Under the pieces are notes generated by a model that did not search any database, was not told where the DNA came from, and saw only the letters and a list, made by a program, of their open reading frames with translations. DNA of 59,852 nt from Macrostomum lignano (taxonomy: Eukaryota). Each line of letters begins with the position of its first letter. Within the stretch, counting starts at the first letter, position 1. The translations under genes were made by a program, and so were the position numbers. The stretch lies in assembly GCA_002269645.1 (NCBI GenBank), contig NIVC01003788.1:1-59852 (forward strand), in the 5' to 3' direction. Below, one piece after another: positions 1 to 9,453 of this stretch.

Positions 1-170
1 CCAGCAGTGCCGCAAAGAGAATCCGGAACGCCGGCGTTAGCACAGTGTCAGGTAGTCAAGGCAACGCCGATAGGGTGCCTGTAGCCCTCGAATTAAGGAA
101 GCCTGTGAAAACCGATGTCGGCCGGCACCATGTCCGACTCTCCTGGAAGTCCTTCAGCGCTCTATTATTA

Positions 171-850
171 TCATCAGGTCATAAAGACTTACTGTTTCCA
201 TCAGGTCATAAAGACTTACTGTTTCTATCAGGTCACAAAGACTTACTGTTTCCATCAGGTCATAAAGACTTACTGTTTCCATCAGGTCAGCAAAGACTTA
301 CTGTTTCCATCAGGTCACAAGACTTACTGTTTCCATCAGGTCATAAAGACTTACTGTTTCCATCAGGTCACAAAGACTTACTGTTTCCATCAGGTCATAA
401 AGACTTACTGTTTCCATCAGGTCATAAAGACTTACTGTTTCCATCAGGTCACAAAGACTTACTGTTTCCATCAGGTCATAAAGACTTACTGTTTCCATCA
501 GGTCACAAAGACTTACTGTTTCCATCAGGTCACAAAGACTTACTGTTTCCATCAGGTCATAAAGACTTACTGTTTCCATCAGGTCACAAAGACTTACTGT
601 TTCCATCAGGTCATCAAAGACTTACTGTTTCCATCAGGTCATAAAGACTTACTGTTTCCATCAGGTCACAAAGACTTACTGTTTTCCATCAGGTCATAAA
701 GACTTACTGTTTCCATCAGGTCATAAAGACTTACTGTTTCCATCAGGTCACAAAGACTTACTGTTTCCATCAGGTCATAAAGACTTACTGTTTCCATCAG
801 GTCACAAAGACTTACTGTTTCCATCAGGTCATAAAGACTTACTATTTCTA
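171..850. repeat. 27-bp minisatellite (CATCAGGTCATAAAGACTTACTGTTTC), ~25 copies
   Basis: Unit read directly; it explains the 9-aa periodic ORFs 45..644, 115..699 and 310..606. Confidence 0.97.
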
Positions 851-1930
851 TCAGATGACACCGCTCGGTAGCGAATGCGGAACCCGCGCATCAGCACGAG
901 CCGTCAGTGCTGAAGATGATGCACATGCGGGTGCCGGAGCTGTTCCGGGACGTCGAGAACACCGGCAGGACGCTGCAGTTCGGGTAGTAGTCGACAGCTC
1001 GGCCATGAGCACCGAGTTCGCATCGAGCAGCTGCACCTTGTCGAGCTGGGTCTCCAATTCTAGGAATTCGAACCAGACTCAATGAAAAAGGATTCCGGCA
1101 CCGTCAGGATCCAGGAGCAGGTCATGTTGATCGAGTAGTACCGTCCGGATTCGAATCCCGGATGGCTCACGAGCGATCTGGGCGGGTCGAACGGACTCAC
1201 AGCCACCTGCTGGCTGCTGTTGCAGACTGGAAGCATTGATGGCGGGAAGGGTCATGTGCAGTCATGGCATGCTGTTGCAGACTGGAAGCATTGATGGCGG
1301 GAAGGGTCATGTGCGGTCATGGCATGCTGTTGCAGACTGGAAGCATTGATGGCGGGAAGGGTCATGTGCGGTCATGGCATGCTGTTGCAGACTGGAAGCA
1401 TTGATGGCGGGAAGGGTCATGTGCGGTCATGGCATGCTGTTGCAGACTGGATGCATTGATGGCGGGAAGGGTCATGTGCGGTCATGGCATGCTGTTGCAG
1501 ACTGGAAGCATTGATGGCGGGAAGGGTCATGTGCGGTCATGGCATGCTGTTGCAGACTGGATGCATTGATGGCGGGAAGGGTCATGTGCGGTCATGTGCT
1601 ATCGTCATTGCTTACTCAATCCTGCCCTTCATCCTGCCCAGCAAGTAAAGCGGTTTCTTAGTCGGAGAGAATTATTTAAAGACCCCACCCAGTACCTCCG
1701 CCGCTGGTGACGCGGTCCAGTACGGCATGATAGCGAATACGAAATCCTCGTCTCGCAACGAGACCCGTCGACGATTCTGCCAGAAGGTTGGATTTTCCCA
1801 TAAGCGCCAGTGTATTCAGTACACCCCTGTGCGCCAGTCAGCACTGCGCCTCAGTGCAGCCTTGACAAGCCTCCAAATTTCGTCAGCACGTCGACCACAT
1901 GTGCTTGCATCAGCTCTGTTTCGTTGATCA
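850..1930 (-). pseudogene. Multi-CUB-domain gene fragment (two exons), frameshifted as assembled
   Basis: Minus-strand pieces in alternating frames read SHPGFESGRYYSINMTCSWILTVPE / WFEFLELETQLDKVQLLDANS / MCIIFSTDGS / VLMRGFRIRYRAV (~850-1226), which are typical CUB strands. A second CUB C-terminus, ARRGFRIRYHAV, lies at ~1720-1760. At least 3 frame switches; could be assembly errors in a functional gene. Confidence 0.7.
1215..1597. repeat. 55-bp minisatellite, ~7 copies, in the CUB gene intron
   Basis: Unit GCTGTTGCAGACTGGAAGCATTGATGGCGGGAAGGGTCATGTGCGGTCATGGCAT; copies start at 1381 and 1436. Confidence 0.95.
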
Positions 1931-1931
1931 C

Positions 1932-2331
1932 TACACCTTTTTTCCATTCTATTTTGGCAAACGTGCAATCAAAGTCAAAATCTTTTCATTCAATTCAGAC
2001 AGTTTATGGTAGTTCTTGGCCGGCTTGTCTAAATAGATTGAAATTTGTCGGAATTGATAGGAAATTTCGCAGTATGAGCCATAGATAGGAGGACAGAAAA
2101 AGCCAATTCATAGCCAACTGTCGGAATTGATTGCAAATTGTTTGAATTGATTGCAAAGTGTCGGTTTCTCGTGGTAGCTTGTTTGCTTTGTTTGAAAATT
2201 GTCGCTTTTGAAAGCACATTTGTCGGAATTGAATGCACGTCCGGCCAAGAACTACCATAAACTGTCTGAATTGAATGAAAAGATTTTGACTTTGATTGCA
2301 CATTTGCCAAAATAGAATGGAAAAAGGTGTA
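1932..2331. mobile_element. MITE with ~90-bp terminal inverted repeats and TA target duplication (Tc1/mariner-type non-autonomous element)
   Basis: TA|CACCTTTTTTCCATTCTATTTTGGCAAACGTGCAATCAAAGTCAAAATC...GGCCGG at the left is the reverse complement of 2241-2329, which ends AAAAAGGTG|TA. No coding capacity. Confidence 0.85.
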
Positions 2332-2498
2332 CTGTTAAATGTAGGATTAATACATGTATATAGCTGCTGCGTGCTTTAATGGTTTTGGTCACGAGTGCGC
2401 GTAGCCAAAGACCATTGAAGCACAAAGAAGCTATATACTGTATTAGTTACATTATAATACTACGAATTACCATAGACAAAAGGTTGCAGTTGCGTTAG

Positions 2499-3235
2499 AT
2501 GCACGTTGAAGACGAGAAGAGAGAGAAGAATAAAGCAGAGCTAGCTTTACTGACTCAAAAAGAGAATGGAACTACCGAGAAAAGAAAACTAATAGATCTG
2601 CTGCACTTTCCAAATGAAATAATTTCTTGGAATGTCCACGGATCAAATCAAGAATTTATTGACGCATTCCCTCAAGGATTTATCAAGGATCAAGGACGCA
2701 TTCCCTGAGTCCAAGATTTCTACAGCTCTACAGGCCTACAGATGGAATATCTGGAAAAAATGTCCAGGAACTACTGGAAACCTGCTTTGTGTAAGAACGT
2801 AAGAATGTAACGTGCACTGCATCGTGGTAGTGACGTGACTCCTACAGCCCAAGAGCCTGCTAACACCACTGTTGAGCCGCCTAATCAAGAGCAACATGTT
2901 GTGATGGTCGATTCATTGGCAGTGATGAGCCAGTCTCTGAACACAGTGGAACAACTGATATCACCACCGCAACGACGCTGACCAACACTACTGGCAATGG
3001 CAGGCCTACAGTGATCTACAACATCTACGGTACACTGCACAACTGCATTTTTGAAGTGAATCAGATCGAACTACGCGTGAGCAGACTATATTTTAGGACC
3101 GCATGCTTGCTTTCAATCTCTGTGTACTTAATATCTGCTCCCGTTTTTAGCGTGCCTATAATGCATTATCATATAGACTATCGTTTTTTAATGCATTTTT
3201 TAATGAAGCTGTTAAGTCACGATAAATTGCCATAG
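2499..3235 (+). pseudogene. Degenerate second ORF convergent with the recombinase
   Basis: Broken pieces MHVEDEKREKNKAEL...EFIDAFP / ESKISTALQAYRWNIWKK / ...VIYNIYGTLHNCIFEVN. The last resembles the recombinase C-terminal NCxF motif. A local GACGCATTCCCT duplication (2661/2695) disrupts the frame. Confidence 0.4.
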
Positions 3236-3383
3236 ATTATGAGCGAGAAATTCACTGTTTTTATTAATTTAAGCAACAAGAACTTTAACAGGAAACAGAT
3301 CGAGGATATAGCAAAGCAAACGAATACCAAAGTATTTGATTTTCGACAGTTAAGACTTATAAGTACGAGCTATATATTCTTTG

Positions 3384-4733
3384 TTAGAATTTGAACGTGC
3401 ACCCATCGAAGAGGCAGTTGGCAAACATCGGCTGTTGCACACTTCGCAGGTCAACTTGAGCTTGCTGCATGACTGTTGCACTAGTGGTTGCACTCGTAGT
3501 CGCATCGGTTGGTGCGGCCAAATTGTCACTAACAGCGGTAGCAACCTTCCTGAGGGTTCTGTCACGCTTGCGTGCGAGATAACGTCGAACAGTGGACTCC
3601 GATCGTTGTCCCGTTACCGCCATTATCTCCCCCATAGGCATTCCTTTGTCGAAAAGATCCGCAATACGCGTGACGCGTATGCAGTGATTCGTGTACTGCT
3701 TGGAGAGGTTGCACACACTACTAACGTGCTTCATGAATGCAGCCAACCAATTGACACCGCGCACTTGCGTAGCAGAGAATCGAATTTGTCCTCCCGAATT
3801 GTTAGTCAGAGGGCGCGGAAAGAACGAGGACGAATTCTGCGGTAACAAACTCTGATAATGCAGGATCAACTCCCGCTGAGCGCCGTAGATCCGACTCTGT
3901 TTGCGCTGATTTCCCTTGCATTTTGTTGGATCGCTAGTCTGGTTTTTTGTCTTTAACGGCGGCAACGCAAGATATGGATTCCCATCAGCGTCGACTTCTT
4001 CTTGGAGCGTGCCAACTTGCTTTAGACTTGACAGGTGTTCTTGACCTCTCTCGCCCAGGACATACAGCAGCGTAAATAGTACTTCATCTTGCAACCGTTC
4101 TGCTGTAGAACGGTCAAAATAAGCACGCATTTTCTGTAAATCACCTTTTTCTATTGGCTCGTGCTGATTGACAGTGCCTCCATCAGCATGAAAATGCCGC
4201 ACCTTTACTCGCAGCATCCGGTTGGCAGTGGCGAACTCGTCACTGGAAATAATATTTGTTCGACGCTTCAGCACGAGAGTCAAGTACCTCTGCACTCCAG
4301 CACGAATGCAGACCAACGTAGCTGGCGAATAGCAACTGCCGTCAGATTTTTTTAGACAGAAGTAAAAGAACCTTAAAAATTCGGCCAAGCGACTGTCACT
4401 GATCACGCTTACATCCACAGCACCATGTTTCTTCAAAAACTCCACGAACATTTTGCCATACAGAAACATGTGTTCTCGTGTAGTGCTCGGCAGTGATTCC
4501 AGTTCGGCAACATCCATCGCACTGGGTAAATCAGATAGTTCTGGAAGCTCGACACTAGAAACCGCAGCGGCCTCATCAGCCGTCTCGATTTTAGTCAGGT
4601 AGTCGATAAAATCTCCAAGAATTTCATCGGAACTGTGGTTCACGGCGCTCAGTTCACTCAGAAAATCTAGTTCAGTAGACGAGACGCCATCTAAACTGTC
4701 GACCGGTAGGTTTTTCCAGTTGATAAGAGACAT
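3384..4733 (-). CDS. Crypton/DUF3504-type tyrosine recombinase, 449 aa, intronless
   Basis: YSPATLVCIRAGVQRYL (Crypton-type N-terminal helix), LGERGQE (catalytic R), LKTKNQ (K), NHCIR (HxxR), TGQRSESTVRRY (H/W position and nucleophile Y), C-terminal FANCLFDGCTFKF. An AATAAA signal lies on the minus strand near 3260. Confidence 0.9.
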   Translation of the reverse strand: MSLINWKNLPVDSLDGVSSTELDFLSELSAVNHSSDEILGDFIDYLTKIETADEAAAVSSVELPELSDLPSAMDVAELESLPSTTREHMFLYGKMFVEFLKKHGAVDVSVISDSRLAEFLRFFYFCLKKSDGSCYSPATLVCIRAGVQRYLTLVLKRRTNIISSDEFATANRMLRVKVRHFHADGGTVNQHEPIEKGDLQKMRAYFDRSTAERLQDEVLFTLLYVLGERGQEHLSSLKQVGTLQEEVDADGNPYLALPPLKTKNQTSDPTKCKGNQRKQSRIYGAQRELILHYQSLLPQNSSSFFPRPLTNNSGGQIRFSATQVRGVNWLAAFMKHVSSVCNLSKQYTNHCIRVTRIADLFDKGMPMGEIMAVTGQRSESTVRRYLARKRDRTLRKVATAVSDNLAAPTDATTSATTSATVMQQAQVDLRSVQQPMFANCLFDGCTFKF

Positions 4734-6376
4734 TTTTAATTCGATTTCTCTCGCTTCTTGCTTCTAGTTCTTAACTTCCTAACAGACTTCATGGTCGAGC
4801 TTTTCTTTTAGAGAACTGTATTCTAAAAAATTGTCTATGGTCCAATTAGTGGGGGCTCTGCCCCCACACCCCCGCAAGGGAGCTGCGCCCCCTTGTCCAT
4901 GCTCACTGCCGAGCCAATATCTATGGCACGAAGACACTGCAGCGTTACTTAATGGCGTGGCTTAATGGCGTTACATAATGATCAACCGAAAACGCTAGTC
5001 TATATGATAATGCGATTAAGTCTATGGTTTCAGACTACCATTAATGCCTGCGTTAAATGCACGCTGATTATATTTTGAAATACATAATGATTACCACGGT
5101 TTCGCCATAGACTATGTTGTTAAATGCACACTTCGTCGTGTTATAATGGAGGAATCTAGCACGCTGACGAGTGCGTCAATGGCTGAAACACGAGTGCGCG
5201 TAGCGCACGAGGGTTTTTACCATAGACGCACAAGTCAAAGTGCTTGATTCCCATTCTTATTTGATCCAACATGTGTGGCTAAAGTAGACAAGGGTGAAGC
5301 TGGGGGTGTGGAGTTAGACTTGAACCATAGACAAAATATGCGCGAGCTAGTCTGAACATTCTTGCACGATGGAAAGAAGATTATGCTTGTAGTCTATGGC
5401 TGTTATGCTAAATATAGAAACATTGCGCATTACATTCTTGCACGATTGACATTCTTGCACGGAGTGCACATGTAAATTCAAGGTGCTTTTGCCATAGACA
5501 CTTGCATTTCTGCACGCATATGGCGACTTCCAAAGCATTCTTGCACGCTGGATCAAATAAGAATGATATATTCCTGCACGGTCACGAGTGCGGGAATGAC
5601 ATCTGCACGAGTGCGCGCTAGCGCACGAGTGCACGATGTCCTTCACGCACGAGTGAACGTGAAGGAATTCCATTGTCGGATGATTCATCGTGCAGGAATG
5701 CACAAAACCGTGCAGGAATGCATTTCTGCGCCTAATGCTTTTTCAGTGAGATTTTACCATAGACATCCATTCCTGCACGCAAAAGAGTGCAGGAATGCCA
5801 TTCTTGCATGGAAAATCAGCCGACAATGGCTATTATCTTATACTTTATGCCTTCCCAACGGGAAGATAGGATGGCCACTGTTTTTCGTACCAAATTTGAG
5901 TTATCCAATCAGTTGTAATTCCAGACTCCACATGTAGTGTTTTGTACTCTATCGCCATTTATTCATGCTGCGTATTGTGGGCGAGGGGAGTTGGAGACTG
6001 GGTGGGGAAGAGATTGTATAGGCTGGCAGGTGGCAGAAACGGTGTGGTAATGCTTTGAATGGACGGAAAATTTACTGCATCAAAATTATTAAAAAAGTCT
6101 CATAGGCTACTTCAATTATTGCTTGTCCGCCGGCGACCCCTACAGCTGATCATTAGGCATCTGGCACTATGCAGACCCGGTCCCACCGCCGGAGCCAGTT
6201 AGTTCTACGGATATCTGTGTCCAAGTATAGAGAAAACACTGCTTCTGCAAAGGCAAGGTCATAAATATTTAATGAAAAGTTGGCTGCGTTTAACGAGAGG
6301 ATATTGCTGGGGGGTTGCTGTCAGCGTGTGCACAGATGGTCTGGGAATTTCTGGCCAGAGATACTGCAATAGGTGT

Positions 6377-6699
6377 GTTGCTCTGCACTCTGTGCTTGAT
6401 GGTGGCTGCTCTGCACTCTGCTTGATGGTGGCTGCTCTGCACTCTGCTTGATGGTGGCTGCTCTGCACTCTGTGCTTGATGGTGGCTGCTCTGCACTCTG
6501 TGCTTGATGGTGGCTGCTCTGCACTCTGTGCTTGATGGTGGCTGCTCTGCACTCTGTGCTTGATGGTGGCTGCTCTGCACTCTGTGCTTGATGGTGGCTG
6601 CTCTGCACTCTGTGCTTGATGGTGGCTGCTCTGCACTCTGTGCTTGATGGTGGCTGCTCTGCACTCTGTGCTTGATGGTGGCTGCTCTGCACTCTGTGC
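6377..6699. repeat. 28-bp minisatellite (CTGCTCTGCACTCTGTGCTTGATGGTGG), ~11 copies
   Basis: Units at 6486, 6514, 6542. Confidence 0.96.
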
Positions 6700-7134
6700 T
6701 GTAAGGTGTTTTTTTTCTGGCCATGATCATCAATGTCACAAATTTTTTTAAATTTACGGCTTCAGGAAATTCATTAAGCAAATTGATTTTTCATGGCTTT
6801 TGTTCCGCTGCTGCAATTGATTCAATTTTAATGACGCTGTCAAAGTGAGGGCGCAGGGGGCTCTGAGCAGACAGAGAGCGCCAGTCATTCTACTGTCATG
6901 TCTGTAGGACTTTATTGTTTTATTGCCTCTGTTGCCATGCAGCATGGCTAGAGATATATGAGACAGCGATACAAGACCGGAGTCTACAGCTGTCAGAAAG
7001 ACTATACCCCGCGGGGTTCATGATTGACGAATGATCAAGACAGGGCTGCGGCAATGGCAATGGGGGCATTTGAGGATTTTCCGTGTTTTGAATGACCAAA
7101 AAGTTAAATGACGTATTACAGAAGAGTGGACTTA

Positions 7135-7811
7135 AGTGCTTCAAGCTAAGTGCGATTGTGTCTCAAGCTAAGTGAGAATGTGTTTCAAGCTAAGTGAGAT
7201 TGTGTTTCAATCTAAGTGAGATTGTGTTTCAAGCTAAGTGAGAATGTGTTTCAAGCTAAGTGAGATTGTGTTTCAAGCTAAGTGAGATTGTGTTTCAAGC
7301 TAAGTGAGATTGTGTTTCAAGCTAAGTGAGATTGTGTTTCAAGCTAAGTGAGATTGTGTTTCAAGCTAAGTGAGATTGTGTTTCAAGCTAAGTGAGATTG
7401 TGTTTCAAGCTAAGTGAGATTGTGTTTTAAGCTAAGTGAGATTGTGTTTCAAGCTAAGTGAGATTGTGTTTCAAGCTAAGTGAGAATGTGTTTCAAGCTA
7501 AGTGAGAATGTGTTTCAAGCTAAGTGAGATTGTGTTTCAAGCTAAGTGAGATTGTGTTTCAAGCTAAGTGAGAATGTGTTTCAAGCTAAGTGAGATTGTG
7601 TTTCAAGCTAAGTGAGATTGTGTTTCAAGCTAAGTGAGAATGTGTTTCAAGCTAAGTGAGATTGTGTTTCAAGCTAAGTGAGATTGTGTTTCAAGCTAAG
7701 TGAGAATGTGTTTCAAGCTAAGTGAGATTGTGTTTCAAGCTAAGTGATAATGTGTTTCAAGCTAAGTGAGATTGAGTTTCAACCTAAGTGAAAATGGATG
7801 TGTTTCAAGCT
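7135..7811. repeat. 22-bp minisatellite (TTTCAAGCTAAGTGAGATTGTG), ~30 copies
   Basis: Units 22 bp apart (7321, 7343). Confidence 0.96.
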
Positions 7812-9453
7812 ATAATTCATAATTCTCTCGACTCTGTCTTTAGAAAAAGTTTGTAGCTCCTAGTTTAATTTTTTTATTTGATTAATTTGTTACTGCAGAA
7901 ATATGAGTCACATTTGGTAACAGCAAATTGCTCCTCCTAACTTTCCTCTATAGAGGGACGTCTTGGGGAGAAAAAACTGACGGGTAAACTGCCCCCATGA
8001 CACTTTCGCGGGTGGCCCAGAGTATTCCTGTATTTTTTACTATTCACTTGCTAAAATGCCCCCGTGATCGAATATTGCACTGTAACCATTATTCATGATT
8101 GGTACTATTGCAGATTATCCAGCTAGAAAAAATGGGCATACATTTTTAGGTTTGCCTGGCTTTTCTCATTGAAACTATCTTTCGCGACGCTAATTGGCGC
8201 TGAATCGGCCGTACAGACACAAAAGATCGAGAGATAGTATGCAGTAAAGCGCACACGTAAAATCTTCTTAAGTTCTCTTAAGCTAATTTTAGCACTCTGC
8301 AGCACGTGTAACATGCTATATACATGCAGTGACAGTATAACACTGAATTTACATGTATGTATACACTGTATGTACATAGTGTATCGCCCCTAGGTTAAGG
8401 CATCCAAACCTCAAGCAAATATATTTATCTATATTATACAGCAGAAGATCTACATGAATCTACGTTGTCAGTTAACGCTATGCAAAGCAGCAGATTCTTT
8501 CACGGACTTGCATGGGTATTTCCTGAACATAAGCTTTTGCCAACTAAATAATTCGAGGCTCTGGGCACCGGAATCAGTCGATGCTTTGGATCAAGCGTTT
8601 CGTGCAAGAAGCTACACCGCGGAGAATATTATACAGTTTTAACAAAATTAGTTTTAATTATTTTTGTTTCACACGTGAATATAATCAAAATAGGAAATTT
8701 AATTTTTTGATACTGTTATTTCTATTAACTGTTTTTTATCAAGCAAAATATTATTCTATTTTCTGTAAGCAGTATAAATAAGGCATTTCGAATTCCTTTT
8801 CACTTAATATTTCATGTCTGTCAAATTTGCCCAACAGCTATTTGGCATTTCTACTGTTGCAATTGTATTAGATGTTTTTGAGAATACTTATATACTAGCT
8901 ACATGTCAAAATACTAAAGGCTTACTACGAAATTACTTTTCGATTTCATATTTATACCATTTAAGCTAGACTTAGGTCACAAGTGCTCAAAACATAATTC
9001 ATGTATTGTCTTGTATGTATTGATCAATATATTTAAAACTATAAAACTTAAATTTTAACAGAATATACCGGATATTTTTGGTATTTCGATTAACTTTATA
9101 CGTCTCTATGCCAAAATAAACGTACAAAAGTAAAAACACGTAAAGCATGCAGATGTAACATTAACAAGGATTATTAAACTTTTAATTTGTATAGAAACCT
9201 GACGTTTTTTGATAATTCCAAATAGTTGTAAAAAACCTTTGAGTTTAAATAGATTGACAACTAACATTGCCAAAAAAATTGACAAAGCATAGCCATCAAA
9301 TTAAATTTTTAAAGTGATTAAATAAGCAAAGATAAAGTATTTTTTCAGACTTAAGCTGCATGATTGTTACTATTTTAAGTTTCACTCCTACAATTCATTT
9401 ATTAATAGCAATAACTTAGAAACAGTGCACTTTTTCTTCATGCCCAATCCAGC

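Larger units (their letters stand above)
2345..5830 (-). mobile_element. Crypton-like tyrosine-recombinase DNA element with palindromic flanking sites (boundaries approximate)
   Basis: Contains an intact YR ORF, three related palindromic sites (cores at 2390, 5189, 5606) and repeated CCATAGAC motifs in both orientations. Confidence 0.75.

Noticed and set aside
171-850. Regular 27-bp repeats as a CRISPR array
   Set aside because: The units are head-to-tail with no unique spacers, there are no cas genes, and the context is eukaryotic. The same applies to the other arrays.
6100-9400. Possible minus-strand gene divergent from FHAD1
   Set aside because: Some coding-looking patches (6760-7050, 8130-8280, 8440-8640), but no consistent spliced frame or recognisable motif could be built.
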